DNA of 64,000 bases. Origin: Thermoplasmata archaeon. GTDB taxonomy: Archaea; Thermoplasmatota; E2; DHVEG-1. A program made the position numbers and the translations under genes. A model generated the notes under the pieces. That model saw only the letters and a list, made by a program, of their open reading frames with translations. It ran no database searches and was not told where the DNA came from. The stretch is from contig JAHWGK010000008.1 in the NCBI GenBank assembly GCA_020054495.1, forward strand, positions 2,883-66,882. Reading direction: 5' to 3'. Of this stretch, positions 49,703 through 60,100 are shown one piece after another; within the stretch, counting starts at the first letter, position 1, and each line of letters begins with the position of its first letter.

Positions 49703-49937
49703 GATTAATACACCTAACCTTAAGAATTGGTAGGAGCATAGGAAGGAAATTGTTTATTTAAAACTTTTGTTAGGAAATAATTATTTCTCATAACTGTTTT
49801 TTTTATAACATTTTTTTGAAATTTGTTATTTTTTCGTATACTAATTCATCAAAGATAACAATTTAACCATTTTTATTTTTAAAAAAACATAAATCTTAAG
49901 TATTTTGCTTACCAAACATTAAGATAAGGGGGTAGAA

Positions 49938-51275
49938 ATGAGAGGGAAAATAATAGGAGTAGTTTTGACGCTGGTTATTGTCGGTATAATCCTTCTTTCT
50001 ATATTTGTTGTCACAACACAAAACGAAATAAAAGAAATAAATGAAGAATTTGAAGAAATAAAAAACAAGCCTATATCATTAAAAATTCTTGCAGATACTA
50101 GTTCTGGAATAAGTCCACTGACTGTAAATTTCAAGAGCTTATTGTTAAATAACAAAAACCAGGTAAAATATAATTGGGATTTTGGTGATGGAAATACATC
50201 AAATGAAAAAGAACCGACAAACATCTATAAAAAAAGCGGTAGTTATAATTGCATATTAACTGTTCAAGATGGGGATATAACAGTATCTGATTTTTACAAC
50301 ATAACTGTCTTTCAAAATAATCCACCAAAAGTCAAAATTTTATGTAATACGATTGCTTATAGACCTGAACGAGTATATTTTGACGCAGAGGTTTTTGACC
50401 CTGAAGGAGATGAGCTGGAATATAAATGGAAATTAGTACTACCACCGATTATGAGTGCTATTAAATTAGATCAATCTTTTAACACTAAAAATTTTTCAAA
50501 GCTCTTCATAAGATGTGGTCGTTATGTTGCTGAATTAACTGTTACTGATGAAGCAGGAAACCAAGTAACTGATTATGAAATCGTTCAGGTACGACCAAAC
50601 CAAATTGGTGGTGGCGGTCTCGCGCTTATAACTCTTTTAGGTACACAGATACCAAATGGGTTAAATCTTATTTGGACTCTTTCAAATTTGATTTTTAAAT
50701 ATGAAGAAAACCTTGATAAAAATTGGTTTGATAAATCGGATATGTTTAGGTTTTTTATTAATATATACATAGCATTAGGTAATGTCAATTATGAACCACC
50801 TATTCCAAAAGCTGATTTAAGAGTTTCTGAGATTCAAGATCTAAATCTATCTTACTATGTAAATGATACAACTAGAATAGTTGAAAATGATGCAACTGTA
50901 AATAGCTCTTTTACTATTACAAATATTGATAATTCAAACATATCAAAAAACATATACATAACATTAGACCATCCTTTAAATAAAGATGAAGGATTAATTG
51001 ATGATATTGAAATAGAAGATCTATATGTTGGATTAGATGTAGGAGTTTTATCAAATAAACTTTTTTTCAATAGAGTTTACACAAGATGGCAAGATTGCTA
51101 TGATGTCGAAAAACTTGTTCCAGGTGAATTTATCTCAATGGATCTATTTGTCACGTTAAAGAAAGGTGCAACAATACAAAAGGGATCATATGATTGTAAA
51201 TTATTCATGTATCAGGAAAAATCTCTGAAAATCGAAAAATATGTTGATGAAATCCCATTTACGATTATACTTTAG
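49938..51275 (+). CDS. Membrane-anchored PKD-domain protein
   Basis: N-terminal TM; PLTVNF...YNWDFGDG; DPEGDELEYKW. Confidence 0.75.
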   Translation: MRGKIIGVVLTLVIVGIILLSIFVVTTQNEIKEINEEFEEIKNKPISLKILADTSSGISPLTVNFKSLLLNNKNQVKYNWDFGDGNTSNEKEPTNIYKKSGSYNCILTVQDGDITVSDFYNITVFQNNPPKVKILCNTIAYRPERVYFDAEVFDPEGDELEYKWKLVLPPIMSAIKLDQSFNTKNFSKLFIRCGRYVAELTVTDEAGNQVTDYEIVQVRPNQIGGGGLALITLLGTQIPNGLNLIWTLSNLIFKYEENLDKNWFDKSDMFRFFINIYIALGNVNYEPPIPKADLRVSEIQDLNLSYYVNDTTRIVENDATVNSSFTITNIDNSNISKNIYITLDHPLNKDEGLIDDIEIEDLYVGLDVGVLSNKLFFNRVYTRWQDCYDVEKLVPGEFISMDLFVTLKKGATIQKGSYDCKLFMYQEKSLKIEKYVDEIPFTIIL

Positions 51276-51395
51276 AGAAAAATCAGAAAAAAAATGATGT
51301 ATAATTAACCTTTTCACCTCTCTTTTTTTCTTTATTTGTTTAGTCACCAAACTATTATAATGGGTATTCTATTTCCTTCGGCCGGAGAATCCAAA

Positions 51396-52697
51396 ATGGA
51401 TAATCTTTTTAATCTCAAAATAGAAAAATTACCTCGAACAAAAATTAAGGAACTGCAGCTTAAACAATTGAAAAAAACAGTAAAACTTGTTTATGATAAT
51501 GTTCCTTTTTATAAGAAAAAGTTCCAGGAACTAAAGATAAAGCCAGATGATATTAAAACATTAGAAGATGTGCAAAAGTTGCCAGTTACAACAAAAGATG
51601 ACCTAAGAGATAATGCACCATTCAATATGATGGCCACTTCACTTGATAATTGTATCGAACTACATGCTTCATCTGGTACAACGGGCATCCCAGTTACTGT
51701 ATGCTACACTCCAAACGATATTGAAGTATGGTCTGAAGTTATGGCACGTTGTCTATCCATGTCTGGTCTAACTAAAAAAGATGTCTTTCAAAATCCAATA
51801 CCATATGGAACGTTTACTGGTGCCTTTGGATTTCATTATGGCGCTCACAAGATTGGTGCCCTAGTTATTCCCTCAGGTATGGGACAATCTGAAAGACAGA
51901 TAAAGCTTATGGACTATTATGGCACTACCTTTATCTCAGGCGTTGCATCATATGCAATGCGTCTATCTCAAGTTGCTCTTGACATGAAGATAGATCCGAA
52001 AAAACTGAAGGTTAGAAATGGACTTTTTGGTGCTGAAACATTTTCCCCTGGCTTGAAAAAACGCATTATGGACATCTGGGAGATGGACGTACATGATATT
52101 TATGGTTTAACAGAGATGTGCGGGCCGGGTGTCTCAACAGATTGTGATCAACACAATGGTCTTCATTTATGGGAGGATCATTTTCTGGTAGAATGTCTAG
52201 ATCCAGTTACACTAGAACCTGTGGGACCTGAAGAAGAAGGAGAAATCGTCATAACTACACTGACAAAAGAAGGTATGCCCTTACTGAGATATAGAACAAG
52301 GGATATAGCAAAACTTTATGATGAAAAAATTTGTGAATGTGGAAGAACTCATATCAAACATACTCCAGTAAAAGGACGTAGTGATGATATGGTGATTATA
52401 CATGGGACAAATATCTATCCTGGTCAAATTGAATCTGTATTAATGAAAAACAAAGATGTTGGTAATAACTGGAGAATGGTACTCAAGACAGTTGATGATG
52501 TTGACATGCTCACTGTTGAGGTGGAAAGTAAAAATCAATTGAGTCAAGTTGAGTCTATGGACCTTGAAGAGATTTTAAAAACTGATATAAAATCAGTAAT
52601 TGTGTTTACACCAAGAGTAACTGTTTTACCTCCAAAGAGTATTCCTCAAGAGGGTTTAAAAGCAAAACGTGTCATCGATGAAAGGAAAAAGGTATAA
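51396..52697 (+). CDS. paaK: Phenylacetate--CoA ligase family protein
   Basis: HASSGTTG, DIYGLTEMCGPG, LLRYRTRD, KAKRVID. Confidence 0.87.
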   Translation: MDNLFNLKIEKLPRTKIKELQLKQLKKTVKLVYDNVPFYKKKFQELKIKPDDIKTLEDVQKLPVTTKDDLRDNAPFNMMATSLDNCIELHASSGTTGIPVTVCYTPNDIEVWSEVMARCLSMSGLTKKDVFQNPIPYGTFTGAFGFHYGAHKIGALVIPSGMGQSERQIKLMDYYGTTFISGVASYAMRLSQVALDMKIDPKKLKVRNGLFGAETFSPGLKKRIMDIWEMDVHDIYGLTEMCGPGVSTDCDQHNGLHLWEDHFLVECLDPVTLEPVGPEEEGEIVITTLTKEGMPLLRYRTRDIAKLYDEKICECGRTHIKHTPVKGRSDDMVIIHGTNIYPGQIESVLMKNKDVGNNWRMVLKTVDDVDMLTVEVESKNQLSQVESMDLEEILKTDIKSVIVFTPRVTVLPPKSIPQEGLKAKRVIDERKKV

Positions 52698-52699
52698 TC

Positions 52700-53356
52700 A
52701 TGAAAGCAAGCATTAAAAAATTGATAGAAAAAAAGGGACCTCTTGCTGAAAATGAAGTAAAGGATTTATTGAAAGAATATGGAATAGGAACAACAAAATA
52801 CAAATTGGTAAATAAGATTGAAGATTTAGAAAATCTAGAATTGAAGTTTCCAGTGGCCCTCAAAGTTTGTTCAAGTAAAATTCTACATAAAACAGATGTT
52901 GGAGGTGTAAAACTAGATATCAAAGACATGGATGAACTCAAAAAAACATTCAAGGACTTCAGGAAAAAATTCCCTAAAGAAAATCTTTTAGTTGACCAGA
53001 TGGCAGAAAAAGGCGTCGAAATTATCATTGGTCTTATTCAAGACCCAACATTTGGTCTATCTATTATGTGTGGAATCGGTGGTATTTTTACCGAACTTTA
53101 TAAGGACGTAACATTCCGTGTTGTACCAATTGTAAAATTTGATGCAGAACAAATGGTTGAAGAGATAAAAGGAAAAAAACTATTAGAAGGATTTAGAAAC
53201 ATCCCTGCAAATAAACAATTAGTTATTGATTTACTTATAAGGGTATCAAAAATTGGAGAAGAATTAAAGGATCATATTGATGAAATGGATTTGAATCCAG
53301 TTTTTGTTTATAAGGATAACATTTGTGTTGTAGATGCTAAGCTAATATTAAAATAA
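52700..53356 (+). CDS. acdB: ADP-forming acetate/acyl-CoA ligase beta subunit (ATP-grasp)
   Basis: FPVALK, HKTDVGGV, DPTFG, EMDLNPV, VDA. Confidence 0.85.
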   Translation: MKASIKKLIEKKGPLAENEVKDLLKEYGIGTTKYKLVNKIEDLENLELKFPVALKVCSSKILHKTDVGGVKLDIKDMDELKKTFKDFRKKFPKENLLVDQMAEKGVEIIIGLIQDPTFGLSIMCGIGGIFTELYKDVTFRVVPIVKFDAEQMVEEIKGKKLLEGFRNIPANKQLVIDLLIRVSKIGEELKDHIDEMDLNPVFVYKDNICVVDAKLILK

Positions 53357-53370
53357 TATAAGGTGTTGTA

Positions 53371-54789
53371 ATGATGGAGTCAAATATGGAAGATTATAAA
53401 ATCAAAGATATCAATCTAGCAGATTTCGGACGAAAAGAAATCGAGATTGCCGAAAAAGAAATGCCAGGTCTTATGGCTATTCGTGATAAATATGGGGCTC
53501 AAAAACCTTTAGAGGGTGCTCGTATAATGGGCAGTTTACATATGACTATCCAGACAGCTGTTCTAATTGAAACACTTGCTGAGTTAGGTGCTTCTGTTAG
53601 ATGGGCTAGTTGTAATATTTTTTCAACTCAGGACCATGCGGCCGCGACCATTGCTAATACTGGTGTTCCTGTTTTTGCATGGAAAGGCGAGAGCCTTAAA
53701 GAGTATTGGTGGTGTGCTCAAAAAGCTCTTGATTTTGGCAATGGTATGGGACCAAACTTAATAGTTGATGACGGTGGAGATGCAACCCTTATGGTTCATA
53801 AGGGTTATGAAGTTGAACAAAATCCGTCCTTACTTGATAAGGATTATAGCTCTGAGGGCGAGGATTTCAAGGAACTTATGGCCTGTTTAAAAGAAATCTA
53901 TGAAAAAGATCCGCAAAGATGGACCAGAGTTTCAAAAGATATCAAAGGTATCTCCGAGGAAACTACAACTGGAGTTCACCGCTTGTATCAAAGATTGGAA
54001 GAGGGAACACTTCTTTTCCCCGCGTTTAACGTGAATGATTCAGTTACAAAATCTAAGTTTGATAATTTGTATGGTTGCAGAGAAAGCCTTGCTGATGGTA
54101 TAAAGAGGGCAACTGATGTTATGGTTGCTGGAAAAACTGTTGTTGTCTGTGGCTATGGTGATGTTGGAAAAGGATGTTGCCAGTCAATGCGTGGTTTTGG
54201 TGCAAGAGTAATTGTTACTGAAATCGATCCGATTTGTGCACTTCAGGCAGTTATGGAGGGTTATGAAGTAAAAACTGTCGAAGGTACTCTTGGCGAAGGA
54301 AATATTTATGTCACTGCAACAGGTAATAGGGACATTATCACTGCAGAACATATGGAAAAAATGAAGGATCAAGCTATTGTTTGTAACATTGGTCATTTTG
54401 ATAATGAAATCCAAGTAACTGAACTTGAAAATATTCCAGGGATTAAAAAAGTAAATATTAAACCGCAGGTGGATAAATATATTTTTCCAGATGGACATGA
54501 AATATTTATGCTTGCCGAAGGACGCCTTGTGAATCTAGGATGCGCGACAGGCCATCCTAGTTTCGTTATGAGCAATTCATTCACGAATCAGTGTCTTGCA
54601 CAAATTGAACTTTGGAATAAAGATCACAAAATAGGAGTATATATGCTTCCTAAAAATCTTGATGAAGAAGTTGCCAGGCTTCATCTTGAAAAGCTTGGTG
54701 TTATACTTTCAAAACTTACAAAAGAGCAAGCTGACTACATTGGTGTTAAAGTAGAAGGTCCTTACAAATCTAAACATTATAGATATTAG
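53371..54789 (+). CDS. ahcY: Adenosylhomocysteinase, long (insert-containing) type
   Basis: [46 protein letters not shown]. Confidence 0.97.
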   Translation: MMESNMEDYKIKDINLADFGRKEIEIAEKEMPGLMAIRDKYGAQKPLEGARIMGSLHMTIQTAVLIETLAELGASVRWASCNIFSTQDHAAATIANTGVPVFAWKGESLKEYWWCAQKALDFGNGMGPNLIVDDGGDATLMVHKGYEVEQNPSLLDKDYSSEGEDFKELMACLKEIYEKDPQRWTRVSKDIKGISEETTTGVHRLYQRLEEGTLLFPAFNVNDSVTKSKFDNLYGCRESLADGIKRATDVMVAGKTVVVCGYGDVGKGCCQSMRGFGARVIVTEIDPICALQAVMEGYEVKTVEGTLGEGNIYVTATGNRDIITAEHMEKMKDQAIVCNIGHFDNEIQVTELENIPGIKKVNIKPQVDKYIFPDGHEIFMLAEGRLVNLGCATGHPSFVMSNSFTNQCLAQIELWNKDHKIGVYMLPKNLDEEVARLHLEKLGVILSKLTKEQADYIGVKVEGPYKSKHYRY

Positions 54790-54800
54790 GATAAAATAAA

Positions 54801-55535
54801 ATGATTACCTTAATTGGAACTGGACATGTTTTTGATCTATCTCAAGCGTTACTTAACATTTTTGAGGAAAAACAACCTGAAATTCTATGTGTAGAGCTTG
54901 ATAAGCAAAGATTCAATGCACTTATGCTTAAACAAACCAATCCGGAGGCTTATAAAAATTACGAAAAAAATGTCCCAGTTCTTTATAGATTGTTAGCCAG
55001 ATTTCAAGATGGAATGGCAAAACAATATGGAGTAACCGCTGGAGAAGAAATGCTAACGACAATTAACTTTGCTAAAAGCCATCAGCTTCCAATTGCATTT
55101 ATTGATATGAATGCACAAAACCTATTTTCTAAAATGCTAAAAAAAATGTCTTGGTCTGAAAAATTTAAATTAGCATTTACAGGCCTTGGAGGTTTTTTTG
55201 TTAGCAAAAAAAGAGTTGATAGTGAAATCAAAAAACTCGAGGGGGACTTAGAAAAATATATTGAAGAAGTTGGTGAAAAATTTCCGACAATTAAAAAGAT
55301 TTTGATTGATGATCGAAATCAATATATGGTGAAGCAACTAGCAAGTGCAAATGAACAATATGAAAAAGTTGCAGCGGTTATTGGTGATGGTCATGTTCCT
55401 GGGATATCTGAACTTTTAACAAAAAAAGATATCAAGTTTGAAACAATAAGACTTAGCGAACTGCGAAGTCATAAAACAGATAAAACAGATTCATCGACAG
55501 CATCATTTAGCATGGAATATAAAGATTTACAGTAG
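54801..55535 (+). CDS. TraB/PrgY/GumN family protein
   Basis: LIGTGHV, CVELD..R, GEEM, DDRNQYM, VIGDGHV. Confidence 0.85.
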   Translation: MITLIGTGHVFDLSQALLNIFEEKQPEILCVELDKQRFNALMLKQTNPEAYKNYEKNVPVLYRLLARFQDGMAKQYGVTAGEEMLTTINFAKSHQLPIAFIDMNAQNLFSKMLKKMSWSEKFKLAFTGLGGFFVSKKRVDSEIKKLEGDLEKYIEEVGEKFPTIKKILIDDRNQYMVKQLASANEQYEKVAAVIGDGHVPGISELLTKKDIKFETIRLSELRSHKTDKTDSSTASFSMEYKDLQ

Positions 55536-55585
55536 TATTTTTCCTACGAGGTTTTAAAAAACATTTTTCTTTGTTGTATTTTGTT

Positions 55586-55660
55586 GGGCCTGTAGCCTAG
55601 TCTGGACAGGGCGATAGCCTCCTAAGCTATAGATCGCGGGTTCGAATCCCGCCAGGTCCG
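55586..55660 (+). tRNA. tRNA-Arg (anticodon CCT), no intron, CCA not encoded
   Basis: Acceptor GGGCCTG/CAGGTCC, anticodon arm ATAGC-CTCCTAA-GCTAT, T arm GCGGG-TTCGAAT-CCCGC. Confidence 0.95.
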
Positions 55661-55724
55661 CTTCACTCTCTCGGAGGGAATTTGGTCGAAAGATGCTATT
55701 TTTTGCGTTTTTTGAATTCTCGTG

Positions 55725-56915
55725 TTATCCCCACCCATTACTTGGAGCTTTAAGGACACGATGAACCCAATCATAAGGAGCAAGTAGATAGTAGTGCTTT
55801 GCATCTTTGATGTATCCCATAGTTGTTTCTATTTTGGTGTGACCTAGCCAGTCTCTTACTTCGTATTCATCGAATGCTTTGTATTGTAGTTTGGTTCTGA
55901 TTAGTCTTGATACTGCTGCAAAATGTCTTGAGCAGTAGTTGTAGTATTCTGGAAAAACAGTTTGTATTACCGGTTTTGCTTTTCTGTTAAGTAGTTGTCT
56001 TAGTTGATCTCTTGAGTATGGATGTCCATCGGATCGAAGATACAGGTAGTCTTTGCTATGTTGGTTTTCTACCTTTGGCCTCCATGCATCTACCCAGTTT
56101 TTAAATGACTTTCTTCGTCTGTTTGACATTATTTCTTCTGGTGATAGATTTCTTGTGCTACTGTGCTTCTTTGGTTCTGTTATTGTTATATATCCTCGTT
56201 CTACGTGAACATCTGTTGTTTTCATTTCTGTTGGTTCACTTGGAAATCTCCATCCTATGATGAAGTTGTGTGTGAGTAGGTATTGTATTAGTACGTTTTC
56301 GTAGGAATCCTTTGAGTAGGTTAGGTTTAGTATTTTGTATACTTGGTCTGGAAACGGCATTACTCTTACTCTGTAGATTGGTGTTGATGGTGGTTTGTAG
56401 GTCCAGAGTTTCAGTCCATATGCTTTTAGAAACATCCTCATGGTTTTCCATTCGTTTTGAAGCGCGCATGGTCCTGTGTTTTCTATTTGTTCTCTGTAGT
56501 CCATGTGTGCCATGAAGTTTTCATATGTTGGGTTTCTGAAGTCTACTGGTTGTGGATGTGTTTCCATGAATCTTGCTGTTGATAGTCGTTTTTCTATTGT
56601 GTTTTGACTTAGTCTTTGTCTTAAGTAACAGTGTATTGCTACATCGTTAAAAGACGCAGTTTTTGGGTCCAATATTATTGGAAAATCGGTTCTTTTAATT
56701 TTTTTTAGATCATAGTTTATTTTCACTTTTTTCTCCCTAAATATTGGAGAAGTTAGTTCTTTTGATCTTTGGCTTATTATTTTGTTTATTATTTTCCATT
56801 CTTTGTTTCTACCTCCATCTAACACATCATTGAGTGAGTTAGTTGAATCTGAATATTTTGAATTGTATATCTGATTTTGGTGTTCAAATTTCAATTTGAT
56901 TTCCACCTTTTTCAT
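55725..56915 (-). CDS. Tyrosine recombinase / integrase
   Basis: GWRFPSE (R), EPKK (K), YCSRH (R), WLGH (H), TMGY (Y); start uncertain, ATG 56915 chosen. Confidence 0.85.
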   Translation of the reverse strand: MKKVEIKLKFEHQNQIYNSKYSDSTNSLNDVLDGGRNKEWKIINKIISQRSKELTSPIFREKKVKINYDLKKIKRTDFPIILDPKTASFNDVAIHCYLRQRLSQNTIEKRLSTARFMETHPQPVDFRNPTYENFMAHMDYREQIENTGPCALQNEWKTMRMFLKAYGLKLWTYKPPSTPIYRVRVMPFPDQVYKILNLTYSKDSYENVLIQYLLTHNFIIGWRFPSEPTEMKTTDVHVERGYITITEPKKHSSTRNLSPEEIMSNRRRKSFKNWVDAWRPKVENQHSKDYLYLRSDGHPYSRDQLRQLLNRKAKPVIQTVFPEYYNYCSRHFAAVSRLIRTKLQYKAFDEYEVRDWLGHTKIETTMGYIKDAKHYYLLAPYDWVHRVLKAPSNGWG

Positions 56916-56995
56916 TTGTATTACTTGCATTATTTGTAATACAATATATGTAATGTAAACGTAATATTTATATCTTTCTGTGTTATTTGCATTAC
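56916..56995. promoter_or_regulatory. Array of TTGYAWTAY 9-mers including inverted repeat TTGTATTAC-N11-GTAATACAA
   Basis: Related 9-mers at 56916, 56925, 56934 and 56987 between integrase and divergent small ORF. Confidence 0.5.
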
Positions 56996-56996
56996 A

Positions 56997-57161
56997 ATGC
57001 CTTCGAAGAAAGACAAAGGTGGAACACATTCATTTCGTGTATCAAAAGACATGGAAAAATGGATAGAATCAAAAATAAAATCACATGAACTTGGATCCTG
57101 GACTCATGCCCTAGAATGGGGTTTGGATTTACTAAAAGAGAAATTAGACTCTAAAAAATAA
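56997..57161 (+). CDS. Putative 54-aa ribbon-helix-helix protein (not in ORF track)
   Basis: Hand-translated MPSKKDKGGTHSFRVSKDMEKWIESKIKSHELGSWTHALEWGLDLLKEKLDSKK*; strand-helix-GS-helix pattern; fills the gap between two genes. Confidence 0.6.
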   Translation: MPSKKDKGGTHSFRVSKDMEKWIESKIKSHELGSWTHALEWGLDLLKEKLDSKK

Positions 57162-57165
57162 TTTT

Positions 57166-60100
57166 TTAAAATTTATTTAAAAATTCATCAATTATTTTGA
57201 TATCACTATTTTTTATTTTATAAAGTTTGTAAACGAGTTTGTCGAGTTCTTCTTCAAGATCTTCGATTTTAGTTGTCTTTTCAAGTTTCTTAATATCTTT
57301 CTTATGCATATCAATAATTTTTTCTGTTTTTTTATCTTCAATAGGAATTCTTAAGAGTATCTCTTGATCTTTAGAAACCTTAGAATTTTTAATCGATCTT
57401 ATTACATATTCTAATTTTTTATCTGAATCCAATTTATAGTTATCAATAATATCATTTTTTCCAAGTTGAATCTTTTTAGTTCCTTGTAAATCTTCTTGAA
57501 TTTCAGGCAAAATATTTGAGTAATTCCTTTTTACTACATGTCTAATTTCAAAAAATTCTTCAATTTCATTTTCTTTTCTTAGTTGAGAAAAATATGGCGT
57601 TGGAAACATCTCGATTTTTCTTTTCAGTTCTTCAATAAACATTAATTTTTTAGCTATTGCTGTTGTTTTTTTAGATATTTCTTTTTCTGCTGATGTTTCT
57701 GGTTCTTTAATTGGTAATAATTTTATGAATTGGTCTCCATATGAGTAAAATTTACCTGAAAAAATATTACTAATATGCTTATGGTAATATTCTAACAATT
57801 TACTATTAAGTATAGATAACAAAAACCATGGATCTTTAGTCTCCTTTGGCAATATGCCAAAAACATTTGATCCTCCTGCCCCTGCGAAAACATAATTATC
57901 GCTTTCATCATAGACAAAATTTGAGCTATTAGCGAGAGTTTGAACTAATAATTTTTTACTATCATATTTTTCAATATTTCGTGGGTATGTAATACCGTAC
58001 CATCGGTGGTCGTTTGCTTTATCTTTTTTATACAATCCATTTTCTCTATTTCTTAATATTTCCTCATTATTTTTAAAATAATTCCAAGCTGAAGGATACA
58101 AATTTTCAATATACTCATTACTATACTCAAATTTATCTTCATCTTCTTTAGAAGGAATCAATAGATATTTTTCGTTCCCATTAAGTTCAAATTTTTTATA
58201 TGGGAAAAAAACATACCATCCTTTCCAATCTATTTTCCAGCGATGAACATCTTTGCCAAATAGAAATGGTCTAATTATGTCCTTCTCAACTTCTATTAAG
58301 TCTCCTCCACCCTTTGGAATTGCTACAATAGAATTTTTTTTATCTTCAATTAATTTTAGAATATATACATCGTCTTTACTAGTGGAAATCCCTTGAAAAC
58401 CTCCACTTTGTGTTTTTGTAAATTTTTCTAATACATCGGTTGATTCTTTTTCAATTTTTGAAAATATCGCCCTTTCGTTATGAGGCATTAAGTACCAACC
58501 TTGAGATCGGAGATTTTTATATTTGAAGTAAAAAACATCAGAATATTGACCCACTAAATGATCTTTTGGTGTTTTTAACTTTCCAAAATTATTTTCAACT
58601 TCTGAGAGTAAATCTTTTCCATTATTCGGATCCTTAAAAACTCTTGCAACAGGAAAATAATCTCTTTCTTTTTTTCCTTTTGAAAAAACAAAAATCGATG
58701 GATAATTAAGCGCATCCTCAAATACACGACTATCTTTTAAATCTAAAAATTTATTGATATTTACAGTTTCTAATAACCCTTCCCGCATTTTTTTACCATA
58801 ATTTGTAAGGAGGAATCTATTAGAAACAATGTAACTTAGTTTTCCTCTATTACCATCTTTAATCCATTCTAAACCACGTTCAATGAAAGGAATATAGATA
58901 TCAAAGTTCCCTTCAACCCATTTATAACTACCTAACCATTTATTTTTCTGTTTTTCAGGTAGGTCCTGGACTCTTACATATGGTGGATTACCTACAACAT
59001 AATCATAATCAACAAAATTCTTCAATAAAGCAGCAAGCATAACATCTTCAATTGATTTTACTAACCTGCCATCATCAAATTCCGTTTTTAATGTCTTAAT
59101 ATGTATTAATAAACGATTTGCATGATCTTCAAAAAAATCTGCTAAAATATCCCATTTTTTATCACTAAGATATTTCTGAAGATTTTTTTCCATCAAAGAT
59201 TTATCAATTTCATACTTGCCTTTATCAGCAGTTTGTTTAACAGTATCAAAAACAGCTTGCAAAGCACCAAAATACTGTTGTATATCATTGATATCAGTTT
59301 GATTAAGAACAGTTTTTTCATCAGGAATGTTAAATGTATCCTCAAAAAATGATTCTCCTTCCTCTTTTTGAACAGGAAGTTCTATCTTCATCGAAAAAAC
59401 TTTTCCCGCATCCCATTCTTCTATATTCATACGTCCAACTTGAGTCTCTTTAGTTAACGAATCTGTTCTAAAAATTGGAAGCCTATTTAAAACAAAACCA
59501 GGTGATTCATCCTTAGCTATTTTATATTGAGGTAAAAGCGCAAGAGTAAACTGAACTTGAGCCATAATCGTTGCGAATGGATGAATATCAAAACCAACGA
59601 TATGATATTTATTGCATAGATCAGCAAGTACTTTACTCCATCCCTCTTGCTTTGCTTTTCTTTTAGCATTATTCAGATATCTTTTTAATGCACCAACTAA
59701 AAAAGTTCCAGAACCGCATGCTGGATCTAAAAGTCTCTTGTTAATAACTCCCGAATTATTATATCCTACAGCATCGAGAATGTATTCAACTACTTCAATT
59801 GGAGTATAAAATTCACCTAAAGCTTTTCTTGTTTCAGTATCAAAATATTTTTGATAGAGTATCCCAAGTGGGTCACCTTCAATACGTGAGAAATTGAACT
59901 TGTAAACTGCTAAAAGTATCTTTGCAACATTTCGACCAAAACGACTCATTGGCAAAGTAGTATCTCGGAAAAACTCCTGATAACCTCTATTATCAAATTC
60001 CTCAGTCCACCAATAAAAAATATCCTCCTCAAAAACAGATGCAATAAGTTTCTCCTGCATATCCCTAACTATTTCCATAGCAATTTTTGGATATGAAGAC

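Noticed and set aside
56916-57029. Extended integrase N-terminus from the ORF track
   Set aside because: Overlaps the divergent RHH-like ORF and the repeat/promoter region; ATG 56915 is more plausible
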